Shown here in pieces: positions 1 to 14,268 of a DNA stretch of 64,000 nucleotides. The position numbers and the translations under genes were made by a program. Each line of letters starts with the position of its first letter. Positions within the stretch are counted from its first letter, which is position 1. This stretch comes from Eledone cirrhosa (Eukaryota). The stretch covers positions 231,136,001 to 231,200,000 of the forward strand of contig OZ024741.1 of assembly GCA_964016885.1 (NCBI GenBank), written 5' to 3'. A model generated the notes under the pieces. That model made no database searches and was not told where the DNA came from. It was given only the letters and a program-made list of their open reading frames with translations.

Positions 1-819
<819 letters not shown>

Positions 820-820
<1 letters not shown>

Positions 821-902
821 TATTGTTATATTTGGGGAGAGGCATATTGTTATAAAATTGACAAAAATATTAAAAGAACACAGTCACAGTTTGGTTGGCC
901 CT
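820..902. mobile_element. Terminal fragment of a PLE pseudo-LTR family, related to 46025-46460 and 30210
   Basis: attgttatatttggggagaggcatattg...agaacacagtcacagtttggttgg matches attgttatacttgggagggtcatatttg...agaacacactcactgtttggttgg at 46025; abuts (TA)n. Confidence 0.55.
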
Positions 903-934
903 ATAGAAATCTTTTGATTGATCAAAGTTGATCA

Positions 935-2900
935 GAGCCCCACCCCACCGAAAACAGGTTTAATCGCTACACTCTATATGATGTCTTCTACGAGGTGGAT
1001 ATTATCCAAACTAGCTGAGTTGCGTCTCGTGAAACCGATCAGGGCATGTCGAATCTTGGCTAATGTCATCGGCCCTTCGCATTACTCCGCATAAGCTGTT
1101 GTGAGTCGCGTCATGCCATCATGGTAGTAACTGAAGTGCGCTACCGCCTTAGTTAACCCGATCCCCACTGACTGCTGTGCAAAATGCTGGCCAAATGTCA
1201 CGCACAAATATCACGCACAAATATCAAAACTAGATAAGGGTTTCACGAAAGAGGAAATTGTTTGCTTTCATCCCTTTTCATTTTGTCCACCATAGAACGG
1301 TTGTAGCCATGGCCACCAGGTATATAAAATATGCCTGCTCAACCCAATTACGGGAAGGTTGGTTTGGCGATTTCACGGTTGATTCAGTTCAAAGCCGGAA
1401 CCATCCTAAACATGGCAGCAGATGTTCTACCGTGTCGGGGAAAAACCCTGAACACTCCTACGTAAATATAATTGGATTTGGTGCAATGTCTAAAATAATA
1501 ACTGAAGTGAACTGTTCGTAGACAGTGTATACGGAGTCTGGTAGTGATCTCATTGGTAGATCAAAATTAAGCCTGGTCAATACATTGGTTTTACCTTCGT
1601 TGATACATATATACTTACATGTGTGACACATCATTATAATATCGACATAAGCCCCACGTTCAACAATGCTGAGGTACAGAATGAGTGCACGCAGAACGAT
1701 TTCTTCAGGCTGCACGCATGTCTGACAAACTCAACTTACGGAACAACTATGCCAGGATTTCATGTTACAAAGCCATCTACTTTGGCCATAATATTTTCCG
1801 GATCATAGCTTCAACAGCCAAGTTCTCTCCAATAATGTCCCTTTTCCTTACTACAATCGGCTATCGATACCAAAGAGGATTTTCCACATTGACCATATGT
1901 CTAAGGACGGCGAGTGCTTGAACACATTCAAGTTTCAAAGCGCTCCTTCTCAGACTTTGATTGACCCTGTACAACACAGCCATCAAAAGGACGAGTCACA
2001 GCAACACGTGTATGTTGGATTGGAACGGCACCTGTTCCGCATAGAGAAAACGCAACGAGCAAGTACTTGTGCATCAGCCATGGCATTGTCAGTCATTCAT
2101 TCACCCGATATTGACAGCGGGATAAGGCTGTTGTAGATGACGGACGCGTTGTGTGTGTTCTCCAGATCTACCCAATTTTTCATGAATAGTTTCCTCTCGG
2201 TCAACAGCTAAGTGAGCAATGTCACTATACTCGTTATCTTATCCCAGCTTTCTTTATCTGGAGGCCCGAGCCAAACCATAGCGCAAGCTATTTAATAGTT
2301 TCGGCTATCCAGTACACTGGATATGCTTCTCTGTGTGCCATACTGAAAATCCACTTACCTTAACTTGTCAATTGTTGCTTCGCTTACTGCTTTGTATTCC
2401 CTCGGAAGAGTGCCGCACAACTCTTGAATATGCTCTGATGGAGTTCACATATCTGAGATAGCAATAGTTGAACCTCAACATCTACCGCTTGTGAAGTAGG
2501 GCTCGAGAGAAATCCCGTATAACAGGGACGAAGTCGACAACTTTCGGGAACCAAGCGCATATTATTGAGCAGTTTACTCTGGCCACTGTACAGATGACAA
2601 TGTGCATTACTGCAAATGATCCCCTGAAATTGGCCCTCAAGCTGGCTGTCCCGAGGAATGATGCCAGGTAAAAATACTTCAATTTTTCCGAACACATCGG
2701 GGTACATACTATTCTAGTTTCCTTAGCCACCCTGTGTATGGTGTATAGAAAAAATGTGAAGTTTCTCGTCGATGGATCTTTCAGAATGACAATCGAGTAA
2801 CATGCGCCCCTCCCGGTATGACAACGACCGAATTAGATCTTTATTGATTCGAAGCGCCTCCACCAGTCAATCCCATTGAAAACCCTAGCTATGACAACCA
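935..2900 (-). pseudogene. Degenerate non-LTR retrotransposon ORF2 (APE endonuclease to pre-RT region), L1/Tx1-like
   Basis: Minus-strand translation near 980-1080 gives CEGPMTLAKIRHALIGFTRRNSASLD, resembling CEGPITxxEI..AL..GKSPGxDG. An IICAWFP segment in ORF 2482-2730 resembles the APE domain. Many stops and frameshifts. Confidence 0.5.
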
Positions 2901-3059
2901 AGCTCTAAAGTAAGCCTTTGGAGAATTGATTCACTGTGAGCAAGTCACTCACCATAACCTTCTATCTGAGAAGCTCTCATTCTACTCTATTTCTTTCAAG
3001 AGGTAGTACTTTCCTCAAACTTCTGATTCAACTCGTATCGCTTTATTTCAGGACGACTA

Positions 3060-3142
<83 letters not shown>

Positions 3143-3242
3143 CATACACAAATATATTCATACATACGTACATACATACACACATAGATACATATATTGT
3201 CTTACATGTATTAACATAACCTCTTCGTTTTACTGATACTAG

Positions 3243-3377
3243 TGTGTCCTGAGGGAAAGTTTGGAGAGAACTGTACGAAGTCGTGTCATTGCCGCTATAA
3301 TTACAGCTGCTACTTCATAAATGGTGTATGTGCTCGTGGATGTTTAGAGGGATACACGGGAAAAGACTGTCAGACAG
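3243..3377 (+). CDS. Internal exon A, EGF-like repeat of a MEGF10/SREC-like or Tie/RPTP-like receptor
   Basis: tag acceptor and gtatgt donor; 135 bp, phase 1-1; encodes CPEGKFGENCTKSCHCRYNYSCYFINGVCARGCLEGYTGKDCQT. Confidence 0.88.
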
Positions 3378-3470
3378 GTATGTATATGTTGTCTGTTACA
3401 GATTAAACTAATTTTGAAAACCGTATTCAATGAATGTGACACCAGAGTTAATTTTACCTCTACAATACAT

Positions 3471-3555
3471 GTAGTAGTAGTAGCAGCAGCCGCAGCAGTA
3501 GCGGCAGCAGAGGCAGCAGCAGCAGTAATAGAAGAAGAAGAAGAAGAAGAAGAAG
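3471..3555. repeat. (GTA)n-(GCA)n-(GAA)n trinucleotide microsatellite, intronic
   Basis: Direct reading. Confidence 0.85.
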
Positions 3556-6500
3556 TTCATCTAGAATCAATGATGCATTCCAGCACTACTGAGTGCAGAA
3601 ATATAATAGCTGCGCGCTCATTAAGTGTGATTTCGTTAGCGGGGAATCTGGAGATCCTTAGATATATACTCTTTGTACACTATATTTCAGAATAAGACTA
3701 AGAGTGAAACCAAATATAGATTTCCTTTTTAATGTGTTATACACACATTCTGAAGATTACCACATCAATTGCGAACATCGATTAAAGTGCGTAGGGGTTT
3801 TCAATTTACGAGGCAATACCTATTTTCTGACATGTTTACTTATCTAAATATTTGAAATATTCATATTGGACAGTCACAGTTACTCACTCTCAGTGTATAC
3901 AGATATAACATTATCGTATACTTTGGCTACTAAGTGCACTTCTTAATAGAAAACAATTGAGAATAGGAGAGAAGGGGCGAGAGAGATAAGTAGAAGAGAG
4001 ACAATAGGATATTGATTACACAGATAAATAGATGAAAATAATGAGTGATAAAACAATATAGGAATACTTCCTGGAATTTATGTGTGTAAGAATGTAAATC
4101 GTACGGCATACGATGGGAGAAGAGGTTTGCACATATACTTAATTGTGAAAGTATAAAACCAACCAATGAGTGTATCTGCATCAAATAATAGTCATATTTG
4201 TATATATACGTAGGTCCGCATAATTTCTGTTTTATGCCGCTGATTGGTTCTTTACACCTTTTGTAATATATTTGTAGTGAGGCATTTTTAAATATCTAAT
4301 TATCGAATATGTAGATAGAGATGAAAAACGAGAACATTTTCATTCACACTCACTCATGGGTATCATATATATATATAAATGTGTGTGTGTGTGTGTAAGT
4401 GTGTGTATATGGGTGTGTGTCAGCCTGTATGTGTGTGTGTAAGTGTGTGTCTCTGTATGTGTGTGTGTGTTCGTCTGCCATGGCCTAGCTAGCTAGAATT
4501 GTGAGAGTGAGGAACTCGCCTCCTAGGTTTTGCATCAGTGTCCTTCCTCAAGTCTTAAGCTGCTAAATTCTCCTGAAAGAAACGGGGGTAGTTGTCCAGT
4601 TAGGAGAATGTCTGCTGGATGCTACAATAAATATTCCTAGACACAGATTCTTGGCACATCGCACCTCTCCAGATTCCCCAGACACTATGTCTACTTAATC
4701 CATAGATGGGAAACTAACAGTTACTACCAAAGCAGACCAAATCGGACGTGAGGGAAATCGTGACTCAAGGTAAATCTACATGTGAATGGAGTTTCACTGA
4801 ATCAGGTTGAGAAGTCCAATCATCCCAGGTCCATACCAACGAGTGATGAAAGACTAGAGGTTGAATTAAGTGCAAGATTTACAGGAGCCGGGCAATGATA
4901 CACCAGTTTCAGCATTTAGTAAGCAGAACAACACCCATCAGTTCTTCCATCTGAATCAAATGACTCATATACAGAAGCCTCTTCTCAAAGTGAGGAATTG
5001 GGTCATCCGCACAACCAAGGAAACAAAATAGCATCCAATACTAGTCCAAGACGCGCACCAATAGACGCTCAGACAACGGAGAAACCACTCCCACAACAAA
5101 TACAAACATAACATCTATAAGACCAAACTCGTCGACAAAACAACCGCCAACAAAGACACCGCTAGTAACTACAACCTCACCAGATTAAAATCTTTCGATA
5201 TCATGGTCTATACGATAAACTCTCTATAGGTTTTTTATATTGAATGATATTGATTGAGCCAAAAAACTTTGCAGTTAGAATTTCACTTCATGTAGTTCAC
5301 ATTTAAATCAATAACCAATGCAAATATTAATATTTTTAGTGCACAAAGCGATATGTCGTTAAACACTTCTACAGAAATGAAGAACATATGTTTGTATGAC
5401 GTAAACCCACTAAACTACTAATTCTTTCAATATTACTTAATATATCCATCAAAACACATTTCACAACTGAAAGAAACTTCTGACAGATCAGCAGAATTTC
5501 CTCTGACTATTCTAGATTACCCAAATATATTAATTGTTATATAAAGGCAGCAATAATATAAGAAGGACAAGGTTAAACATAATATGTATTAATGTAATAG
5601 GTAGGGATGACATATAAAGCAATAACATTTATAGAAGTAGCATTATTTTCTTCTTCAAACTGCAGCCGAAACGTGTGAAGGATTGAGGCGTATATTGCAT
5701 AATATTTTCTAAAATAAATTTATTTGATTAGCGTTGACTGGCTACTAAATAACATCAATCGCCAACTACAACACCATCCTTAAAAATGCAAGCATCGAAA
5801 CAAGAACAGATGAACAGTTAGAAATACCAACCAAATCAATCTGGAAATATATGCTATTATCTTTGAAAAGAAAGGGCATTAGATAATTTTGTCGTACATC
5901 ATTGCATATATTACTTGAGAGAATGTTCATAGATGGAATATTTTTCTTCATTTTCCTTCCCTGTGTGGGTTCATCTGTGATTAAACATCAAAAATCACAG
6001 ACCAAATTGATGCTTGATTTCAAATGAACAATCATACATGCAGCGGAAAGAAAACTTATTTCCCCCAAAAGAACACATTGCACTCCTTTGCTATGGTCCA
6101 CCCTAAAACAGACTTGGCAACGGTATATATAACACATGACAGGATTTCTACACTGTAATTCATACACTGCATATACCTGAGGACATGTACCCACTAGGTG
6201 CATATATATAATATCAGAAGCAATATGAGGTAAATGTTTAGTATTTTGTCTTATGTTCCCGACTGATGAAAGTTCATTTTCATTCAAATCAAAAGCTTGC
6301 GGGCTCTATTTATTTGTTGGTGGGGATACGTGAATGGTGTTGTATATTGAATCATATACGAAATTGTATTGTAAATAAACATATCAAGTAATGTCACATA
6401 TAAACCGGGCTATATCAGACATATATGATACCCTCACCATTGGTCTTTAGCCAGCAGGTTAGAGCTAGCTGCCTAATAAAACTTTCTGGTTAGTTAACTG

Positions 6501-6891
6501 TCTTCAGAGAGGCTGCCTCCACTCGAATACTAACACTAGCGTTTCTTTTTATGAGCACCGACTGATGATGGTCATTTTCATAGCGAGCAAGAGAAAGTGG
6601 GCTTTAATTAACGAAAAATAGTGATGCTGTTTTATAGCATCATTGATTCGTGATTGGGATTGTATATTGAATCATATACTAAATGTTCATGTAAACAAAT
6701 ATATCATGTAATGTAAGATGTAAACGAGACAGTCAGAGCATCATTACCTCTCGTGTGTTAGAGCCAACAAGCATTTGTGCTCTATGCAAATGTGATTCAT
6801 CAGTCAATCTATATAAGCATAAATACTCTAAGTATCTTTACATTTAATAATATCTTGTTACATCGTGAATTATAAACATTTTTTTTTTCAG

Positions 6892-7026
6892 AATGCAGCG
6901 CGGGAAGCTTTGGCTACGAATGTAAAAATAAATGTATGTGTCGAAATAATGACGTCTGCAACCGAACGACTGGAATATGCCCTAATGGATGCCTAGTTGG
7001 CTACACATCATTCAATTGTCTAACAC
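6892..7026 (+). CDS. Internal exon B, EGF-like repeat of the same gene
   Basis: Poly-T + cag acceptor and gttggt donor; 135 bp, phase 1-1; encodes CSAGSFGYECKNKCMCRNNDVCNRTTGICPNGCLVGYTSFNCLT. Confidence 0.9.
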
Positions 7027-7409
7027 GTTGGTGACATTTAGTATCTATTTGGCATGACTGTGCATTGTAAAATCTGTTCTTCGTAGTTATCTCTATATAT
7101 ATAAAACGTAAGATGTCTGTCTGTGTATGTGTATAATTTTTATGCATTTCCACATTACTCTACCGATTTTGATGATTTTTTTCCAATGTGCTCCAAATGT
7201 ACCAACGATGGTCAACGCGTAATAAATTTTGCAAAACATTTCCTGCTTTTATGAAAAAAATAGATAAAACTAAATAAATGCTGTAACCCTCTCTCTTACA
7301 CGCTTATTCACTCTCTCTACTACCCAACAGCGACAAAACTTCGTTCAAGCACGCGACATAAACTTTGAAAGCAAAGCAACATATCATTTTATACAACAAC
7401 GTGATTTTA

Positions 7410-7610
7410 AATATGATTTCTAGTATAGGCACAAGGCCATTAAATTTCGGGGAGGGGAAATTCAATTAAATCTACCTCAGTACGTTATTGGTGCTATATT
7501 TTAACGAACCCGTAAGGATGAAAGGCAAAGTTAACGTCGGTGGAATTTGAACTCAGACCGTAAAGGACCGTAACTCTATGCTGCGAAGCATGGTTTCCGA
7601 CTCTCTACCG
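7410..7610 (-). mobile_element. tRNA-derived SINE
   Basis: Reverse complement has B-box gttcaaat and the core ctttgcctttcatccttacggg; same family as 9541 and 16360. Confidence 0.8.
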
Positions 7611-7726
7611 ATGAGCATTTTGTAAATGATTCAACTTACAACACTAGTCATGCAGCAATAATTAAAATGTTTGGTATCTTTACATTTAATCTTTTTACAT
7701 CGTGAATTATGACCATTCTTTTTCAG

Positions 7727-7861
7727 ATTGCAGCCCGGGAACCTATGGCAACAATTGTACAATGAAATGTAATTGTCTAAATAAAGACGTCTGCGACCGA
7801 GTCACTGGAGTATGCCCCAATGGATGCCCACTTGGCTATATACCAGACACTTGTCAAGAAG
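7727..7861 (+). CDS. Internal exon C, EGF-like repeat; tandem duplicate of exon B
   Basis: ttcag acceptor and gttagt donor; 135 bp; encodes CSPGTYGNNCTMKCNCLNKDVCDRVTGVCPNGCPLGYIPDTCQE; flanking introns are homologous to those of exon B. Confidence 0.9.
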
Positions 7862-7923
7862 GTTAGTAACATTTAGTATCTATTTGGCATGACTGTGTGT
7901 CGTAAATCTGTTCTTCGTAGTTA

Positions 7924-8585
7924 TCTATATATATACAACTGAGGAGTATGTGTCTGTGTGTGTGTTAGTTTGAATCCCTAAAACTCGAGAAGCAGCAATC
8001 CGACTGTTTTCAAATTAGACACATGTAATACTTATATTTCAGGGAGTGTTCTGAGCAAAAAATCCAAAATTTCAAATGCCCTAAAGAAAAACATCGCTAT
8101 AATAGCTTCAGTTTTCACTGTTTTCAAACTTTACACATGAAATACTTTCAATGCCCTAGGGACCGCATTAGCCGATTTAGCGATCTCTCTCTATAATTAT
8201 TAGTCCTTCTCTTTTTAGATAGATACATACATATAACGTCGCGCCCTTATAATATCTGTCTGTATGTCTGCTGTCTGCATTACGTATTTTTTCAACTTCT
8301 TATGGCTTTATTGAGGCGTTATGTCTTGCCGATTTTCTCGAAATTTCAAGGCATATTATGCACTTAAAAGAATTCATTTTCTTGATGTCCTAGGGCCCGC
8401 ATTAGGTGACAACCTGCATTTCTCCTGCTTCATCTAGAAAAATCTTAAAGATTATCCATCTATCAGAGTATTCGGTTTATTTTCTTTACATATTGTCGGG
8501 GCATGCAGTTTTTATACGATTAAGTCTGATGGCGGCCCGCGTTCCAAAATAGCTTACCCAGTGCAACGCCGAGTTCCACTGCTAG
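7924..8585 (+). mobile_element. Non-autonomous Helitron-like element
   Basis: Starts TC after an A (a|tctatatatatac) with a gtgt/ctgt tract. Ends with GC-rich cccagtgcaacgccgag, then CTAG|t. Host duplication homology resumes after 8640. Confidence 0.6.
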
Positions 8586-9540
8586 TATATACTAAATTGA
8601 GAGAAAAAAAAGATACTAACATTTTCGGTAGTAAACATTTGAAACAAAGTGATTATAAATATGATTTCTAGTATAGGCAGACGGCCATGCAATTCATGCA
8701 TTTGTAGTTGTTATGACAACGGTATCCTCAGATGAAATTATATTGTGTGATATGCCGCCGTCAGTAAAAACACATCCTTCTGTCTGTACGCCTGGCAGAC
8801 ATATGAGTTCCTAAATGTGCCTCTCAGTCGTCGGGTTTACTGGAGTAAATTGGTATCCACGTGTCAATTAGCGAAATCAGGATTCACGTAACCCCCACGG
8901 AATTAGGGTCGTAAATCAAAAAACGGTAACTCGCCAAGTGTGTTGCGTTGATCTCTAGCAAACGATAGTCTATGCGTAGCTAAAATCCAGCAGATAGTGG
9001 AAGCAATAAACGGAACTCTGTGGGAGAGTTAGGTTTATATTTTGTTGACAGCCAAATTATTGAGATAATCGAGAGGGGAGCAGAGGTTATCAACAACAGG
9101 AGTAACCTGTTCAGCAGCAGCCACCACAGATCAATTGGCATCTTCCTGAGACTGTACAGATTAACAGCATAGTTGACCATAGCTTGACCATGGAGGCTGG
9201 ACGTGGTCACACAATGACTCCAGCATTGGGTGAATCCTAGATAGTTTGTGTGCTTCCGCTCCGAATCAATCTACCCTCATTCTGTTATGCATGAATGGGA
9301 TATATGATCGCGATATGAGGGTCCGTGTTTTACATCCCTTTGTCCCTAGTTCCTTGTTCAACATATGTTTACCTACTTTTGTATTTATGTATAATATTTG
9401 TTCCGTTTGTTCTACATATGTGCACCTGCATTTAAATCTATGGTTTTGTTCTATATTCGCTTCCTACAGCTCACTTCCACAGTCTAACAGTCCTTTTTTC
9501 GTCGGACGTGTTTGTTACCGTTGTTATTATTAATACCGAC

Positions 9541-9767
9541 GTAAGGGCGGTGGATTAGCAGTATCGATAGAGGGTCGGACGCCATACATAGCAGCATAGA
9601 GTTAAGGCCCTTTATGATCTAAGTTCAAATGACACCTAGTTTAACTTTGCCTTTCATCCTTACAGAATCGATAAAATATAGCAGATGTAACCTACTGGCA
9701 TCGATTTAATCTACTTCCCCCTCACCCAAAATTGTTGGCCGTGTGCCTATATTAGAAACAATTATTA
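9541..9767 (+). mobile_element. tRNA-derived SINE, full length
   Basis: ggcggtggattagcag head, gttcaaat B-box, ctttgcctttcatcctt..tcgataaa core (Nin/Deu-domain-like), and ggcc.tgtgcct..agaaacaattatt tail. Confidence 0.85.
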
Positions 9768-10482
9768 ATACGAACGAAGGAAAAACTGACTACTATTGCG
9801 GTTTATTGTTATTTTGTACGGAGATTATTGCTGGCCTTGTGCAAAAGGGTGGAAACAATGATTATTATGAGTATTATGTTAGTACTATTATTAATGTAAG
9901 TATTTATGGACAGCGACCGGAATCACTAGGCCTTTTTTGTTGCTGTCGTCGCCGTGACGGGTTTATTACTGGTGTTGTTGTTGGTAGTGTGGGCGATGAG
10001 GCAGTATTGCTGTTGATGCCGTTGTTGTTGTCGCTGCTGTTGTCTTGAAGATGGCTGTCATCAAGTGTGTATATCGCCTTACATCAAATTTCGTTCATTG
10101 CCGTTGATGTTGTTGCTGTTATCGTTGTTGTCAGCTGTGCATAACTTCTAAAGATTAGCAACTTTTAGACACGCTGCATATTTAAAACCATTGTTATTAC
10201 TTTAAATAAACCCTATTGTAGAGCCGATCATGTTACTACTCACACTTTTGCTATTATTACTCCAAGAACCACCTGCCCAGGAACATACTTAAACCAGCCA
10301 CCCGACTAAGGGGTTCTTTTCTTGAGTCAAACAACGCCGAACGTTAAAACTAACCTCGATACAGTGTACGCATAAACCCTAGCTTGATTACATTAAATGA
10401 TATCTGGTTATCTTACACATACACGCGCGCGCACGCACGCAGGCATGTATGTATGTATGTTATAACTATATATACATACATA

Positions 10483-13400
10483 CAATGATATTAAATAAAT
10501 GGAAACTATATTTATAAAACCATATTTATTCTATTATATATATTTCAGGGGTCTCAAAAAACTTTGGTAGGCTTTCATCAGATAAAATACGAAGAATGTT
10601 TTATACATTTTGACATAGCCAAGGAAATCATACCTTATCTGTTGAATTTTCTTGGGTAGTGAGATTAAAGGACGGATATTTCAAACTTATGGATGAATAT
10701 GTAAATAAGGTTGAGTTATGTGATTGAAAAACCGTTATTTAAAAAGCTATGGAAAGTTTAGATATATAATAATAAGAGAGAAAGAAAGAAGGAAGAAAAA
10801 GATAAAGGAAAAGGAAAAGGAAAACCACTTATAACGTTAAACTGGGGGAAATATATTCGAAAATGTATCTATATTATATATATATTTATATGGGGAATTA
10901 TGTTTGTAAATATTTATCTTATTATAATATTGTAGTGGGTATAAATATCTATATATATTTTAATAATAGCATATGTATTTTTATAAAAAAAATAATTTGT
11001 TTATAATATGAGTTACGGTGGAATTGATTTTGTGTTTTATGTAGATAAATAAATAAATAAATAAATAGGTAGTTAAAATTGTGAATGTTTTAAATTAAAT
11101 TAACGGAGTTAGGTATAATAAGTTTTATATGATTGAAAAGGAAAAGATAACTCCGATTTTTGTATTAATCATTAATGTGAGATTAATTAATTATTTAGTC
11201 TAAAGAAATATGAATGTTTAAACATCGTCTTTAATAGGATACATTTTGCTAAAATCAGTTAATGGTTATTAATCTACGTTTAAAAAAATAGCTTTAGAGG
11301 GTGTCATTGGAAAAATATAGAATTAAGAGATTTAAAAATTAAAAATTAAAACATTTACATTAAAATTAAATTCAAAATTAAAATTAGAATTATATAGATA
11401 TACATCAATATATATAAATATATATACATATATATGAAAATATATGTATAAATAAATATATACATACATATATATTATGATAATTTCTTTCTAAAAGTTG
11501 AACATACGAGAAATATTAGAGATATTATGATTTAGAGATATTAATATATTTAAAATATTAATTGTTAAAGCTGATAGGATATTATAAGTTACATATAGTT
11601 TTGAATGTAGAATTTTTGCGATGTCTACAAGAATTAAATACCTCTGTTCTGAGATTAATAGAGTTTTGACAGTTAATTATATAAAAAATTTCTTCAATAC
11701 ACAATTTACAGATTCTTGATAAAGCCGTGTTTCGGTACGCAGGTTCTTTTGAAATCGTTTTCCAACATATTGAATAGTCTATATTCTTGCTTTTTAAGTT
11801 CCATATAAGATGTGAGAGAGAAGTAGATTTTTTATCAGATATTTTGAAAGTGTGATTGTGGTTAAACCAGCGATCTTTAAATGCTGTAGATGTTTCACCG
11901 ACATAGTTAAATATGTTATCACTAGTTTTAACTGTGCATTTATAGACTACATTTTTATCTAAATATTTATTTTGTAAAGGACAGTTTGATTTGATTCAAC
12001 AGTTACATTTTATGGAGTTGTTATTGCGCGGAACAGTACTATTAGGTTGGATATTGCTAGAAATATTATTATTGCTATTATGGTTATTTTGGTTAGGGTT
12101 TAAATTTAAGTTTCTATTATTAATTCTATTTATATTTTGTAGTAGGATAGGATAGTCTTATATATGTCTGTTAAAGATTGAGGGGTATCTGTGGACTTTA
12201 GGAAAATATTTGTCTAGTGCTTTAAAGAATAGCTTTGCTAAAGGTGTTTTAACGCTTAATGAGAACGGGGGTGAGTACCAAATAATATGTCTAGTTCTAG
12301 TTCTTTTGTTTGTTTTAGAGTTTAAGTTAAATTGTTTATTATTATTATAATTAATAGGCGGGTGATTTGCCTTGTTATTGTTGTCAATGTATTTAGTTTT
12401 ATTCAAATATCCTGCTCTATTTAAAGCTTCATTATAATATTCAGCCTTATCATCAAACATATTTTTATTAGCAGAGATGCGTGAAATTCGTTGTTGGACA
12501 TTATTGACAATAGTGTTCTTAATAGATCTAGGATGATTAGAGTTAAAACTTACGTAATTTAGATTCTCATCAATTTTATGGAATGGATAGTAGAACACTG
12601 TCCTAAGGTTTAATGTTACGTCTAAAAAGTTAACGATTTTATAGTTATTCTCTATTTCTAACTTAAGGTTATAATTATTGAAGAATTGTATTATGGATTT
12701 TCTTTTCCTATTAATTTCACAATTACTATGGTGTTCAATTAAAAGCAACATATCATGACGATATAAACCACCGGTCATCTCTGGCATTTTTCTATGCAGT
12801 GTATTATTAATAAATAAGCCCACAAGATCCGTTACTTTACTTGCGCCGAGTCAGATGATCCCATAGTGATATCAAAATTATTTTTGATATCGGCTCTTGT
12901 CCAGAGATGATTGTTGAATTCAATTAAAGTTTTCCGTGCAATTAGAATTATATGCATTTCATCACTAGATAAGTCTGTATGTTTAGATGCATAGATAAGA
13001 GCCCTATTAAGTAAACTAGGAGTAATAGAGGAGTAGTAATTTGCAATATCCATTTGAATTAATATTTTGTTATGTTTAAATTTTGTTATTGAACCAATCT
13101 ATAACTTCATTAGTACCGTTCCATAGTTTCAGGTGTGATTTTTCTTTAAGTTGCGGTATGATTGTATCTAATATAAAAGTTTACTAATAAATGTTCGAAT
13201 ATATTTCCCCCAAATAAACGTTATAAGTGGTCTTCCTTTTCCTTTTCCTTCTTTTTATTTTCTTTTTCTTTATCTTTCTTCTTTCTTTCTCTCTTATTAT
13301 TATATATCTAAACTTTCTATGACGTTTAAAATAACGGTGTTTCAATCATTTAACTCAACCTTATTTACATATTCATTTGCATATTCATCCATAAGTTTGA

Positions 13401-13693
13401 GATATCCGTCCTTTAATCTAAATACCCAAGAAAATTCAACTGATAAGGTATGATTTCCTTGGCTATGTCAAAATTTATAAAACACTCTTTGTATTTTATC
13501 TGATGAAAGCGTACCAAAGTATTTGAGACCCTTGAAATATATACAATGGAATAAATATGGTTTTATAAATATAGCTTCCATTTATTTATTTAATATCATT
13601 GAATACTTACTCCAGAACTCTGTCGTGTGCTCTGAATCAGTTATAAACATTTATATTTGTTGTATTTCCAACAAAGTAAATATCGTTTCCACT
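10483..13693 (-). mobile_element. Penelope-like element, 5'-truncated, with inverted pseudo-LTRs (10483-10862 and 13192-13601) plus tail
   Basis: RT fragments 12832-13053 (FDITMGSSDSAQV) and 12158-12823 (GGLYRHD..NFLDVTL..YPFHK). GIY-YIG at ~11620-12010 reads KCNC*..CPL..NVVYKCTV..YVGETSTAFKDRWFNH. Arms are ~380-bp inverted repeats. Confidence 0.92.
10527..10589 (-). ncRNA. Type I hammerhead motif in PLE 3' pseudo-LTR; inverted, mutated copy at 13492-13553 (+)
   Basis: tattttat CTGATGA aag...cct GAA ATATATAT A atagaata: 8-bp stem I, palindromic stem III, eroded stem II. Confidence 0.65.
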
Positions 13694-13694
13694 T

Positions 13695-13720
<26 letters not shown>

Positions 13721-13725
<5 letters not shown>

Positions 13726-14240
13726 ATATAGAGGGGAAAGACATAGGAGAGTATGTTTTTCATTACAGGAATTTCGAACCACCAGCGTGAGAAGAATATA
13801 AGCTACTAGACGCATTGGTAAAACATTAAAATTAAAAGTATAAATTGAAATGAAAAACCATCCTCACCTAAATCACACATGTACACACCTAGTGCTCTCT
13901 CTAGTAGTGCGGACAATATTGGCCTTCCACATGCTGATGACCCACCGGGCCGTATTGGAACCAACTAAATGGCGAAACACGCTCATGGTGAGTGTGTACA
14001 TGTGTGATTTAGGTGAGGATGGTTTTTCATTTCAATTTATACTTTTATTTTAATGTTTTACCAATGCCTCTAGTAGTTTATATTCTTCTCGCGTTGGTCG
14101 TTCGAAATTGCTGTACTGTAAAACACACTCTCCTGTGTCTTTCCCTTCTATATATTGTATTTTAACGTGCCCAGGAAAACTATTTCCTTTGAACTCATTT
14201 AATTACAGCAGGATTATCCTTTGCTCCGTTATTTTTACTA
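13721..14240. mobile_element. ORF-less fold-back element with a degenerate HHR in its loop
   Basis: Arms 13721-13888 and 13992-14159 are ~170-bp inverted repeats. Loop reads catg CTGATGA ccca...tggc GAAACACGCT catg. Flanked by (TA)n. Confidence 0.65.
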
Positions 14241-14268
14241 TATATATATATAGTAAAAATATATATAT

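Noticed and set aside
3414-3695. ORF with poly-V/A/E tracts
   Set aside because: Intronic trinucleotide microsatellite with no splice or domain support.
8750-9240. Possible LINE 5' UTR with an HDV-like ribozyme
   Set aside because: Could not assign consistent P1/P2/P3/P1.1 pairings by eye; needs a descriptor search.
11990-12010. In-frame TGA beside the CNC motif as selenocysteine
   Set aside because: It lies at the residue after CNC, which is not a Cys position (Arg in the 45.2k element). A CGA to TGA CpG change in an already broken element is the simpler explanation.
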